From Opitutales bacterium (GTDB lineage: Bacteria; Verrucomicrobiota; Verrucomicrobiia; Opitutales; JABSRG01), in contig JBMYOQ010000046.1 in the NCBI GenBank assembly GCA_049599475.1, positions 1 to 34,611 of the forward strand: DNA of 34,611 bases. The letters run 5' to 3'. Below the pieces are notes generated by a model. It saw nothing but the letters and a program-made list of their open reading frames with translations, had not been told where the DNA came from and searched no databases. Both the position numbers and the translations under genes were made by a program. Of the stretch, positions 17,339-26,987 are shown piece after piece. Within the stretch, counting starts at the first letter, position 1. Each line of letters starts with the position of its first letter.

Positions 17339-18733
17339 CTAGCGGTTACCTTTTTTTTGATAACGTTCACCTTTAAAATACAGGGCGGAAACATTTCCAA
17401 GGGTGTCCATTTCTATCCGGATTCGATGAACACCGTAGGGGCCTTTCTCATCGGACCATAAGGCCTTGTCTTTAATTTCAAGACGCCAGGAAGCGCCCGC
17501 CTTATTGGACCACTCGAAGCTTTTCCCTACGGATCGAATATTAACTTCGTGCCAAGCATTCTCGACCGGAAGCCGCCGATACTCTCCCGTAATTTGCTCT
17601 GGGCTCAATTCACTAGCGGGCACACAGAGGGGCTTCTGTAATTTTTCACCGATTGATGGCTGAGCCGACAGTAGGCGCTTAAAGAGAGACTCGGCGTAGT
17701 AATCCGGCTCGTAGATCCCCTCGAAATCCTCGGGCCATTTCTTCCGGTCGAACCATTGGTGCCCTTCCTTTTCGAGCTCAAATTCAGGATAGATTCGGTA
17801 GAGGTGATGCATGAATTCGTGTTGAAACCATTGAGGTTGGTAGGCCCGACGCTCGATCTCAGAGTATTCTCCGACACCCATATGCTCAGCCTTACGGATG
17901 AAGTGGGCATCGTCGGACAAAAACAAGGGGCGATCAGCGATCGCGCCCATCCCTCCCGAAATAAAATGTCTATCGAATCCCGCGCCCCCATTCTCAGGGA
18001 TCGCTGAAGGCGCGATCACCCACCAGATATCGGTCTCATTTTGAATGGCCTCGGGAACCCGGTTGACGATCTCACGCCCCGGAGGCTGACAAATGATGAT
18101 TTTCCCCGTATCACGGCTTTCCATCTCAATCATTTCATCCAATTGATGCACAATCAGCTTTATCTCATAACCCCCACTAATTGCTCGCAACCATCGACGG
18201 AATAGCCACGTGCATTCTCGGAGCATCTCTGCATCGTTTGCGAGGAGCCTGCGGTCTACCCCTTTGACGACCGTTTCCAGTTTTAGATCGTTCAAGGTAA
18301 CCCTCGAAATATTGGCATAAGGGACGACAACCGCAGTCATCTGCAACTCTCCGGCTCCCGATGGATCCTTCAACTTCAAAATCTGATTGAGCATCCGTAA
18401 TCCATAATAAGCCACCGGATGCCCAATCTGGCGTCCTTTAAAGTGCGTCCCGCTAAGCCCTTCATGCCATTTACGCGCGGCTATCGGCATATCTTTGAAA
18501 ATGGCATTCACGCGTTTCTGAGCCGCTGCATTATTCCCAGATCTTAGCTCCTCAACACCATACAAAAGCGCTTCCAGCGCCTGGGTGTGGTGCTCGGGGA
18601 AGAAATTCCGCCCGCCATTAGATTCATAATACTCTCTGAGCAAATGATCTGTGCTCATTCCCTTCAAAGATGTGCACCCAAGCATCGATAGTGCGATGCG
18701 AGCGATCATGGACCCTATGCGCAAAATTGTCAT
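17339..18733 (-). CDS. Hypothetical exported protein with an HExxH zinc-metallopeptidase-like motif
   Basis: WFQHEFMHHL motif with a further His (EGHQW) downstream. Hydrophobic N-terminus containing Cys (MLGC), possibly a lipoprotein. Confidence 0.6.
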   Translation of the reverse strand: MTILRIGSMIARIALSMLGCTSLKGMSTDHLLREYYESNGGRNFFPEHHTQALEALLYGVEELRSGNNAAAQKRVNAIFKDMPIAARKWHEGLSGTHFKGRQIGHPVAYYGLRMLNQILKLKDPSGAGELQMTAVVVPYANISRVTLNDLKLETVVKGVDRRLLANDAEMLRECTWLFRRWLRAISGGYEIKLIVHQLDEMIEMESRDTGKIIICQPPGREIVNRVPEAIQNETDIWWVIAPSAIPENGGAGFDRHFISGGMGAIADRPLFLSDDAHFIRKAEHMGVGEYSEIERRAYQPQWFQHEFMHHLYRIYPEFELEKEGHQWFDRKKWPEDFEGIYEPDYYAESLFKRLLSAQPSIGEKLQKPLCVPASELSPEQITGEYRRLPVENAWHEVNIRSVGKSFEWSNKAGASWRLEIKDKALWSDEKGPYGVHRIRIEMDTLGNVSALYFKGERYQKKGNR

Positions 18734-18812
18734 ATATTTTCAATACACATGGTTACCCAAAGGATCGGAATAGCAGGACATCCATTTTAATATCCGAATT
18801 GAATAGGAGTCA

Positions 18813-20693
18813 TCAATTTCGACGGATCCAGGCCACCCAATCTGCACTCAGCTCAGACGGAGGTGACCCCAGGCTCACAGGGGATCCTCCAGTTACCTTC
18901 TCGACCGAACCCTCTTGAAGATTACCTCCATTTCTAGGATCGAACCATACGACCTCGAAATCCCCCTCTATTCCGCTCAAATCCAATTGGAATGCCTGGC
19001 TGGCGTCTCGCATATAAATCAAGTAAGACTCCCCAATATGGGCTAGGCAATAACGCGCATTTGTGTTTTCTGGATTTCCGACAAGAGCGTTGGCGTTGCT
19101 CATCGTATCGAGAGGAACTTCATTATCGCGAAAAAACTCCAGTGCGATACGGCTGTAATCCCAAGTTCTCTCACGACTGCGCCAGTCTTGAGCGTTGAGA
19201 TCGTTCTCAGGCATACGATAGCCAAAATAATATTCAGTGCCGACACCACCCGCCGTAAATGTGCCCCACAGGACTTCAGCGCGAACATCGTCGATCGTAG
19301 GAATCTTTGTCTTCTTGCCCTGTTCGGCAATCACGTCTGCTACACCCGGCCAGTCGGGATCGGGTGGCGTACCAATAGCAGCATTACCTGCCTCGTCCAT
19401 TGCGACAATCCACGAGTGACCCGATTCCTCCGCGCGGCGCACCCATTTAAGGACATCACGGTGAGAATGGCTTACGTTAGAGTTTTGAATCGATAAACCG
19501 AGCAAAAGATCCGCCTTACCCAGGTAAGGATTGTAGCGTTTATTCTGTTGGTTGGGATAGGTATGTAGGACGACGCTGTGCTGATAAGGATCCGTCTCGC
19601 GAATGTATTTCACCATCGCGGACGACTGCGCAAAGCTTTGAGTATTCTCTTCACCGACATTCCAATTAAGGGCCAAATTGTGCCCAAAGCGTGCAATCAT
19701 CTCTCGCAAATAGGTTTTGCGCTCTACCCCCAACTCGCCTCCGTCCAAGGCCTGATCGCTACCGGGTCCGTTGGCATCATCGTTCTCAGTCTCTTGAAGT
19801 TTGAAATGGAGAAACATTCCCTTAGTGGTCGCGTGCTCGAAGAGGATCGCCCATTGATCGAGCTTGGAGCAGTCAAAATGGAGTTTGGCATCTCGGGCGA
19901 TGTGCGGCCATACGTTGTCACCGTCTCCTCCAGCATTATAGGTAAGAAAGGAAAATGCGTTTACCCCTTTGTCCGCTAGGTAATTTACGGCGCCGATCAG
20001 TCCCTTTCCTTTTCCGGTTTGCCACGCAGGGTCTCCCTCTTGCCAATCCCGGACGTGGGGTTCCCATGTTTTGAGCGGGCCTTTGCCTGGTTTATACGTC
20101 TCTGTATTGTCGAAGTCGGTATATGCGAGCAAGGTCTCTGGCGCATCAGCGCCCGCCTTTAGAAAAATATTTCCTGAATCTGCATAGCGCATGTAACGGT
20201 CTCCTTGATACACGATTCGCCCTTGTGCTCTCAGATCAGGAACGCGTTTATCTGATGGGTGTATTTCGAACGATCCCGTTTTTCCAGTATATGGCGTACC
20301 TTCAAATTCTATTTTATAATTCCAAATACCACTTTTGCTTGGAGCCAAATGAGCTCGCCACTTAGTACCGCTTTCAGCCGAGGTCTCAGCGGCTTCGCCA
20401 TCCGCAGCGAAATAGCCTGGAACTTTTAGTGAGGGCTCCTCGCTGTCATGTGAAAACACGACAAACATTTGTAAGTCCACGAACGGATTCGGAGCGGTAT
20501 CACGCTCATGAGCAAAAGGGCCATCAAGCGTAAGCGTGATATTGTGCCACTTTTGTAATGTTCCACTAATCTCAACGGAGCCATTGCCATCTGGGAGCCT
20601 CTGTATATCAGAGCTTTGTTGGCTTTCAGCAGCCCCTGTCGCACTGAGGCAAATCAAACATGCGAATACACAGGAAAAGAGGGGTATTTTCAT
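18813..20693 (-). CDS. DUF5060-like exported putative glycoside hydrolase with a C-terminal collagen-binding-like domain
   Basis: Signal peptide. N-terminal VPGYFAADG...WRAHLAP...G.WNY (DUF5060-like). TIM-barrel-like core with WNVGEEN and AMDEAG acidic motifs. C-terminal VVWFDPRNGG...DWVAWI. Confidence 0.75.
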   Translation of the reverse strand: MKIPLFSCVFACLICLSATGAAESQQSSDIQRLPDGNGSVEISGTLQKWHNITLTLDGPFAHERDTAPNPFVDLQMFVVFSHDSEEPSLKVPGYFAADGEAAETSAESGTKWRAHLAPSKSGIWNYKIEFEGTPYTGKTGSFEIHPSDKRVPDLRAQGRIVYQGDRYMRYADSGNIFLKAGADAPETLLAYTDFDNTETYKPGKGPLKTWEPHVRDWQEGDPAWQTGKGKGLIGAVNYLADKGVNAFSFLTYNAGGDGDNVWPHIARDAKLHFDCSKLDQWAILFEHATTKGMFLHFKLQETENDDANGPGSDQALDGGELGVERKTYLREMIARFGHNLALNWNVGEENTQSFAQSSAMVKYIRETDPYQHSVVLHTYPNQQNKRYNPYLGKADLLLGLSIQNSNVSHSHRDVLKWVRRAEESGHSWIVAMDEAGNAAIGTPPDPDWPGVADVIAEQGKKTKIPTIDDVRAEVLWGTFTAGGVGTEYYFGYRMPENDLNAQDWRSRERTWDYSRIALEFFRDNEVPLDTMSNANALVGNPENTNARYCLAHIGESYLIYMRDASQAFQLDLSGIEGDFEVVWFDPRNGGNLQEGSVEKVTGGSPVSLGSPPSELSADWVAWIRRN

Positions 20694-20760
20694 AATAGAG
20701 AGAATGGGGGTGACTGTCGGATACAGAGACCCGAGTAATTACAGCGCCGCCTTGGCGAAT

Positions 20761-21780
20761 TCAATGATGTTTCTCTAAATGATCCAACAGTGCATCATAA
20801 CCAAAGTCGTTTTCGAAGTCGCGCCATACGGTATGTGAGTGATTCGCCTCATTTTGCGTATTCGCATATTCCATAATGAAGGTTGGACCTTGAATTCGAT
20901 AATAAACGGGTGAGCCGGATTCGAAGGCGCCTGCCCAGAGAAAATAGATGTTTTCCAACCCAGCTCCCTCGATTTTCATCAGATCATCCTCAGCCAGCTC
21001 TGACCGGTAACGCTCTAAATACTCGCTGATCAAGAGCATCAACGCATCCATTTGCTCATCGGACATTTTGGATGCAGGCAAGCCCTCAGTATCACCAGGT
21101 TCGACGCGAGCTCGGGCACGGGTAATGATTTCACGCGGTCCACGGCCCTTCCGCATCGCTAGAGCGCGCTGCTCAGTTGTAAGCATTTCAGCGAGTGCTT
21201 TAGCTCGCTCGTATTCCCCGGCGAGGGGTCGACTTCCATCGGGAAGTCGGTCTGGATTCGAGCCAAAGAAGGACGGTGTCACGAAAACATCTTTGCCATC
21301 AACTACGGTTAAGTTGATTGAGAGATGATGGCCTTCAAAACGGGCAAACCACGTTTTCTCTGTCCCGGGCTCTCCGTAGAAAGAAACGTAATACTTATCG
21401 GGGTCACGGAAGTCTGACTGATTTGTCTGCTCCCACAACACCCGTTCCGCCGCAATGACTCCCTTTACCTTTTCCATGCCCTGCTCACTGAGTGCATTTT
21501 CCAGAAAAACCCATAGCGCCTCACGCTGACCGGAAGATAGATCCGCCAAAGACAGCCCCGCCCGCTTTCGGGGCACATAATGCCAACGCGTACGATCCGT
21601 ATCCGAAAAAGCTTGGACCAAGAGTTCACTCTGCGACTTTTCCAATCCCTCGATAAACGCCGAGGCCGTTTCACTCAGCTTAGAGGCGACCTTCTCTTCC
21701 TCGGCAATGAGTGCATGAACACTGAAGCAGCCAACGATCACGACTTTGAGGAACAAGCGAATAAACGGGGTATAAAGCAT
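20761..21780 (-). CDS. DUF3500-like exported protein
   Basis: Signal peptide, then RTRWHYVP, RFEGHHLSIN, TPSFFGSNP, YYRIQGPTFIMEY and HSHTVWRDFENDFG. Confidence 0.85.
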   Translation of the reverse strand: MLYTPFIRLFLKVVIVGCFSVHALIAEEEKVASKLSETASAFIEGLEKSQSELLVQAFSDTDRTRWHYVPRKRAGLSLADLSSGQREALWVFLENALSEQGMEKVKGVIAAERVLWEQTNQSDFRDPDKYYVSFYGEPGTEKTWFARFEGHHLSINLTVVDGKDVFVTPSFFGSNPDRLPDGSRPLAGEYERAKALAEMLTTEQRALAMRKGRGPREIITRARARVEPGDTEGLPASKMSDEQMDALMLLISEYLERYRSELAEDDLMKIEGAGLENIYFLWAGAFESGSPVYYRIQGPTFIMEYANTQNEANHSHTVWRDFENDFGYDALLDHLEKHH

Positions 21781-21997
21781 AGCAATTTAGATAACCCACT
21801 GAATGCCAAAACGTTTCCAACGAGTAAAGTTCTCAGGGAACAAAACAACCGTATATTCTTTACCCCATCGGAAACAAGAGCTCTGTGACTTTCGCCAGTC
21901 GCCTTATATCTTGGCCTCGTTGATCCAACATATACCGCATACATTCATCCTTGATTCCCTTCTCTTTTCACTGAATAGAGGGGGGATCACCACCACT

Positions 21998-24900
21998 ATG
22001 ACTCCGATTCTGGAATGCCTATTCGCAGCCCGAAGTTGGCGCAGCGTGCTCTTCGCCGTGCTCCTGCCGAACTTTGTATTCGGAGCTGAGCCGTTCCAGC
22101 CGATCGAGCGAAACCCTGTCACTGAGCCATGGCGCTGGAAACGCGTCGACGCGATAAATATCCCCAACATCCGCTGCATGGATGAGGTCGAGGACGGCAG
22201 CATGCTATTCGGAGGAGAAACCGGTGTGATCCGCTACGATGGCCTAGGCATCACCCAAATTCCGCTCCCCCCGGACATACGCGAGGCTATCTCGCCCAAC
22301 GGTGTCAGCACCGATGTCCATGAGATCGTCTCACTACGCACAGGCACGTTTATAGCCCATATTGAGAGTTCCCTCGTCGCCTATGAAAGAGGCACCTGGA
22401 GGATCCTCATTCCCGAGATTGGAAATTTTGAAGTGAATAGTCAATTGGTCACAGGAGATCTCTCTTCCTGGCTCTCGACCCCGGATGGTTTGTGGCAGAT
22501 TTCCAACGATCTATCACGTGTCGAGCGCATTATTTCATCCGCCGATTCATCAAAAATAGATGCCCTATGCATCGATCAACAAGGCGACTTGTGGGTAGCT
22601 GAAAGAGGCCCCCTGAGGAATTTGACGCTCATACACATGCCTGTAAAAAACGGAGTCGTCTCCGGCTCAGAATCGTGGGTCACTCACACGGCGAACATGC
22701 CTATCAAAGACGGATCTCCGAGCGTATTGATTGCAGATTCAAAGGGAATTCTCTATTACGGCAATAGCGCCGTAAGCCAAGGTCTAATCAGCTTTGATCC
22801 TAAATCAAAAACCTGGGATTCTGCCGGAGACCTTTTGGAGGACAATCGGATCTTTTCGGCGATAACTCGACAAAATGGCACTCTGTGGGTCGGTGGCTAT
22901 CATCGGATTGCCCAATATGACGGATCTCATATTAGCGTGCACGAGGCAGCAATTTCCGATGCTCCCAAACGGCCCTTCATTAAGATGTTGGAAGCCCAGG
23001 ATGGTAAACTTTGGGTCATCACGCGCATCGGGATCGTGCTCTTTCTTGAGCTCAACGAGCAACGCTGGAAGAGCTACCAATCATTGATCTTTCAAGTGAA
23101 TGACGCGGCAGGCAACAACTGGTTTATCCACGAAGATAACAGCATTATCCGACACAATACGAAACAGGATACCTGGACTCGGTATGGTTCAGAGGATGGG
23201 CTGATTGCGTCTCCCGAAGGAATTCATACTACGCGTGATGGACGGATCTGGGTCGTAGGCGGTCACGCAAGGAATGCGGCCCTGAGCATCTACTGGAAGG
23301 ACCGCTGGACGCTTTTTAGACTGCCCAATTTTGGCAAATTCATCCCTCCCAACGCATTCATAGAGAACAGCGACGGTAATATATGGGTAGGTGTGAGCGG
23401 AAACAGTAAAGGAAACGAGCAGATGCTCGGAGGTGCCATACACTTGAAAATGACTCCTTCCGGCTCTCCAGAGAAAGTTCGACACTATGCTCCAAATTCG
23501 TTTCCGAAGCGGGTAATGTTTTTTGCGAAATCTCGAGATGGAACCCTCTGGCTCGGGCCGCAAACCCAGTTCTTCGACAAACAAAGAAAGCGGGCTATCC
23601 GTGACTCGAACTTCCCAAGAGGTCCCTCGGTCAAGATGGAAACCGACGCAGCCGGGAATCTATGGATCGCGAAAAGGCACGTGGGACTCTTTATGCAGGA
23701 CGGTGCGGAATGGATTGCGCATAATGCGGTCTCAGGCCTGAAGGACAGCTATATTATCGATTTCACAGCTTTGGCGGACGGCACTCTAATTGCAGCGGGC
23801 CTTGAATACTTTAGCCGGTACGATGGTCACAGTTGGGTCCAAGGGGCTCTGCCACCGTCCCTCCTATCCACGACCACGGAAGTACGCGTGAAGCAAAGCC
23901 GAGACGGAAGCCTATGGATCAACCAACTTAAGGGCTTGGACCCCAATCAATCAGCGCCCCACCTTTCTTTTGCCATCAATTACAATTTTGATCGAAACGC
24001 TCCCACGACTCAAATCGACCAAGCTCAAGAAGTCGTACCGTGGCAGGGCAATACCCATATAAGTTGGTCCGGGATTGATCCTTGGGAAGACTCCGCACGC
24101 GACCAGCTCCTTTACTCCTACAGATTAAATGATGAGGCGTGGTCACCCTTCTCCCCGGCTACCGGCCACACATTCGTCAATCTAGATTCCGGAGACCATA
24201 CCATCGAAGTCCGCGCCCGAGACCTCGATTTCAACATTGATCCGAACCCCGCGCAATTCGCCTTTGTCGTAAGCCTGCCGGCCTGGCAACAGCCTTGGTT
24301 TATTGCGATGATCGTCCTGATAATTTTCGGGGCTATCGCTTTGGTTTGGCAGTTCATCTATTTTCGCGAGAAAGGGCTTCGGCAACGTGCTGAGGCTCTC
24401 GGAGAAATGAATGAGCAAAAAAACAGCTTTTTCACCAATGTCACCCACGAGATCAAGACCCCTCTGGCCACTGCCAACATCCCGCTCGTAAGGATGTATG
24501 AGCAAGAAACCGAACCCAGGAAGAAAAAGCAGCTGAATATCGTGATGCGCAATCTCGAGCGCATCAACACACTCATGGATCAACTTCGCGACATTCGAAC
24601 CCTCGAAAACCAGGAGCATGGACTTCAATTCGAGACAGAAAACATTTCCGAAGTCCTAAAAGACGCAATACAAATGCTTACCCCCTTAGCCAAGGCTAAA
24701 AATATCGACCTTAGACTCGAGGGGCCAGACCATTTAGAAGGCTCTATCGACCGCGAAGCGCTTTTGAAAATCATGCAAAATCTGTCTGGAAACGCCATCA
24801 AATTCACGGATCCAGGGGGTGACGTTCGTATCCAATTTGGTGCGCACCCTGACTCTAATTTTGGGCCAAGCTTGACTCTACAAATCGAAGACAATGGACG

Positions 24901-25126
24901 CGGCATTCCCAAAGAAGATCTTGCGCATATCTTTGAGCGCTTTTACAGGGTCAAGGAGGCGAAGATCGTCGATGGCTCCGGCGTCGGTCTTCACCTAGCG
25001 CATCAACTTGTCGATTTATGGGGAGGCACGCTTCAAGCCGAAAGCCCTGTCACCGAAGACCCCGATCGACCGGGAACGCGCTTCACCACTACCCTCCCCC
25101 TCACCCCCAAGACATCAACGCTATAA
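21998..25126 (+). CDS. HTCS-type sensor histidine kinase (periplasmic beta-propellers, Y_Y_Y/Ig domain, TM, HisKA, HATPase)
   Basis: The ATG at 21998 follows GAGGGGGG and gives a signal peptide, so it is preferred over 21803. Reg_prop-like repeats (DQQGDLWV, DAAGNLWI, SRDGSLWI). LYSYRLN...LDSGDHTIEVRARD. TM after PAWQQPWF. H-box VTHEIKTP, NLSGNAIKFT, DNGRGI, GSGVGL. Confidence 0.9.
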   Translation: MTPILECLFAARSWRSVLFAVLLPNFVFGAEPFQPIERNPVTEPWRWKRVDAINIPNIRCMDEVEDGSMLFGGETGVIRYDGLGITQIPLPPDIREAISPNGVSTDVHEIVSLRTGTFIAHIESSLVAYERGTWRILIPEIGNFEVNSQLVTGDLSSWLSTPDGLWQISNDLSRVERIISSADSSKIDALCIDQQGDLWVAERGPLRNLTLIHMPVKNGVVSGSESWVTHTANMPIKDGSPSVLIADSKGILYYGNSAVSQGLISFDPKSKTWDSAGDLLEDNRIFSAITRQNGTLWVGGYHRIAQYDGSHISVHEAAISDAPKRPFIKMLEAQDGKLWVITRIGIVLFLELNEQRWKSYQSLIFQVNDAAGNNWFIHEDNSIIRHNTKQDTWTRYGSEDGLIASPEGIHTTRDGRIWVVGGHARNAALSIYWKDRWTLFRLPNFGKFIPPNAFIENSDGNIWVGVSGNSKGNEQMLGGAIHLKMTPSGSPEKVRHYAPNSFPKRVMFFAKSRDGTLWLGPQTQFFDKQRKRAIRDSNFPRGPSVKMETDAAGNLWIAKRHVGLFMQDGAEWIAHNAVSGLKDSYIIDFTALADGTLIAAGLEYFSRYDGHSWVQGALPPSLLSTTTEVRVKQSRDGSLWINQLKGLDPNQSAPHLSFAINYNFDRNAPTTQIDQAQEVVPWQGNTHISWSGIDPWEDSARDQLLYSYRLNDEAWSPFSPATGHTFVNLDSGDHTIEVRARDLDFNIDPNPAQFAFVVSLPAWQQPWFIAMIVLIIFGAIALVWQFIYFREKGLRQRAEALGEMNEQKNSFFTNVTHEIKTPLATANIPLVRMYEQETEPRKKKQLNIVMRNLERINTLMDQLRDIRTLENQEHGLQFETENISEVLKDAIQMLTPLAKAKNIDLRLEGPDHLEGSIDREALLKIMQNLSGNAIKFTDPGGDVRIQFGAHPDSNFGPSLTLQIEDNGRGIPKEDLAHIFERFYRVKEAKIVDGSGVGLHLAHQLVDLWGGTLQAESPVTEDPDRPGTRFTTTLPLTPKTSTL

Positions 25127-25135
25127 TCACAAGCC

Positions 25136-25921
25136 ATGGAATCCACCTATAGCCCCTCAACGGATAAACCTTCCCTATTGATCGCCGAGGATGATCTCGA
25201 CCTACGCGATGTGATCGTCACAGATATCTCAGATCGCTTCGAGATACTTGAAGCAAGCAACGGCAAGGAAGGCATCAGGCTCGCGAATGAGCACGTGCCG
25301 GACATTATTGTATCCGATATCATGATGCCGATGGTCGATGGTGTAGAATTCTGCAGAGAAATTAAGGGCAATCCGGCTACATCTCATGTGCCCTTCGTCA
25401 TGCTTACAGCAAAGAACACCGTAGAAAACCAAATCGAAGGTCTCAAAACCGGCGCTGATCACTATCTCACAAAACCCTTTCACCCAGACCTTCTGATAGC
25501 CTGCGTGGAAAACCTCCTACAAACCCGTCAACTCCTACGAGAAAAAGTAAGCCGTGAACTTTCTCTAGAGGGCCTCACCATCTCTGGCCCGGATGTAGAC
25601 CGCGAATTCTTTCGGAAAGCTGTACAAATTATCGAAGATAATATTTCCGATACAGAATTCAATGCCGAGACCTTTGCGAAAACACTGGGCATGAGCCTGC
25701 GCAGTCTACAGCGGAAAATGAAAGTCTTAGCAAACTCATCCCCCTCTAAATTCATTACCGAAGTGCGTCTGCGCCACGCAGAAAAATTGATCGTGAACAC
25801 AAGCCTTTCAATCACAGAAATCTCTCTGCGCATCGCGTGTGATCACTCGAGTAATTTTTCTCAGATGTTTAAAAATCAATTCGGACAAACACCCACCGAA
25901 TATCGCGCATCGAATCGTTAA
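25136..25921 (+). CDS. Response regulator with AraC-family HTH (REC-AraC)
   Basis: LLIAEDD...PDIIVSDIMMP...MLTAK...YLTKPF, then LGMSLRSLQRKMK and FSQMFKNQFGQTPTEYR. Confidence 0.95.
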   Translation: MESTYSPSTDKPSLLIAEDDLDLRDVIVTDISDRFEILEASNGKEGIRLANEHVPDIIVSDIMMPMVDGVEFCREIKGNPATSHVPFVMLTAKNTVENQIEGLKTGADHYLTKPFHPDLLIACVENLLQTRQLLREKVSRELSLEGLTISGPDVDREFFRKAVQIIEDNISDTEFNAETFAKTLGMSLRSLQRKMKVLANSSPSKFITEVRLRHAEKLIVNTSLSITEISLRIACDHSSNFSQMFKNQFGQTPTEYRASNR

Positions 25922-25995
25922 GGTTCTATCATTGCGAGGGTTTGCAAGCAGAGCAGGCCCAATCGTTTCATGAAAGGCGCGGGCTCTAAAATGCC

Positions 25996-26030
25996 GCACC
26001 TTGTCGCCTGAGAATAGCACACTGTCGCCT
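25996..26030 (+). promoter_or_regulatory. Direct repeat GCACnnTGTCGCCT x2 with 21-bp period, putative AraC/HTCS operator
   Basis: GCACCTTGTCGCCT (25996-26009) and GCACACTGTCGCCT (26017-26030), 12/14 identical, ending 90 nt upstream of the PEP-CTERM start. Confidence 0.6.
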
Positions 26031-26120
26031 CGCCGACAGCAAAATGGGGAAGGTTCTGATACACTGGTGTGAAGTTATAAGCTCGGTCTATTCACCATCA
26101 CCAAATCATCTCCCCAAGCT

Positions 26121-26867
26121 ATGAAAAAAATCTCATTACTATCGACTATTATCGGCAGCGCCTTCGCCTTCCAGTCAGCAAATGCGCAAATAACCCTCGA
26201 CGAACCGTTTGAAACAAGCCTCTCGGGCACGGTAGACACCGAAGCCTATATCCTCAGCGATAGTGGAGCTTCAATTGGGTTCGCAATTTACGGATATTCT
26301 GGATACACATCCGAAGGCCTCAACGATCTTAGCGATGCTGCGACTTTCGGATCTGTCGCGAGTTCGCTCGGAAGCGATACGATCGCATTCGGAGACAGCG
26401 GTTTGCTTGACGACGCAAATCTAGGAATCAGTGTAGGCAATAGCCGAATCGGAGTCAACGCGACCGGAAATGCAAGCCGTCTCGATGCTGGAGAGGTCAT
26501 TTTTCTTGAGGTCACTTCGGTCTCAGCGGGATTCGACACATACCTCACTTCGGTATCATTCGAAAGCTTTGGACAGGGAGCGGATTTAGCGGATGTTCTC
26601 CTTTATGACGCGAGTGCATCACCCGATTCATTCGTCTATACAGGAACAGATCTAGTGAGAAACGATGGTCCGACGATTTCTGTTGGAAGTGGCTCGGGAA
26701 CCCTAATTGAGGCCGGTGACGTTCTGGCTGTTGCAAGCCTCGGAACCAACGCATTCGGACTCGACACCCTAACTTTCACTGCAGTGGCGGTTCCAGAACC
26801 TGCAACAACAGGCCTCATCCTAGCGCTCTCCTTTACAGCTTTCGTCGCTTATCGGCGGCGATCATAG
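26121..26867 (+). CDS. PEP-CTERM sorting-domain surface protein
   Basis: Signal peptide (MKKISLL...ANA). Ser/Thr/Gly/Asp-rich body. C-terminal VPEP, TM helix and RRRS. Confidence 0.93.
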   Translation: MKKISLLSTIIGSAFAFQSANAQITLDEPFETSLSGTVDTEAYILSDSGASIGFAIYGYSGYTSEGLNDLSDAATFGSVASSLGSDTIAFGDSGLLDDANLGISVGNSRIGVNATGNASRLDAGEVIFLEVTSVSAGFDTYLTSVSFESFGQGADLADVLLYDASASPDSFVYTGTDLVRNDGPTISVGSGSGTLIEAGDVLAVASLGTNAFGLDTLTFTAVAVPEPATTGLILALSFTAFVAYRRRS

Positions 26868-26883
26868 AGTCGAATGAACACAG

Positions 26884-26913
26884 AAGCCTCCAATACAAAT
26901 TGGTGGCTTTTTT
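26884..26913 (+). terminator. Rho-independent terminator
   Basis: AAGCC-T-CCAAT-ACAA-ATTGG-T-GGCTT followed by a T run, 16 nt after the PEP-CTERM stop. Confidence 0.75.
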
Positions 26914-26987
26914 GTGTACCTGCAAAATTATGACGAGTTTTCGTAGCCACGCCTCAACGAGCTAATACCGATTCGCACTCATATTGA

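Noticed and set aside
21803..21997. N-terminal 65-aa extension of the HTCS kinase
   Set aside because: It would leave only 22 nt for two divergent promoters. The ATG at 21998 has a purine-rich leader and gives a normal signal peptide.
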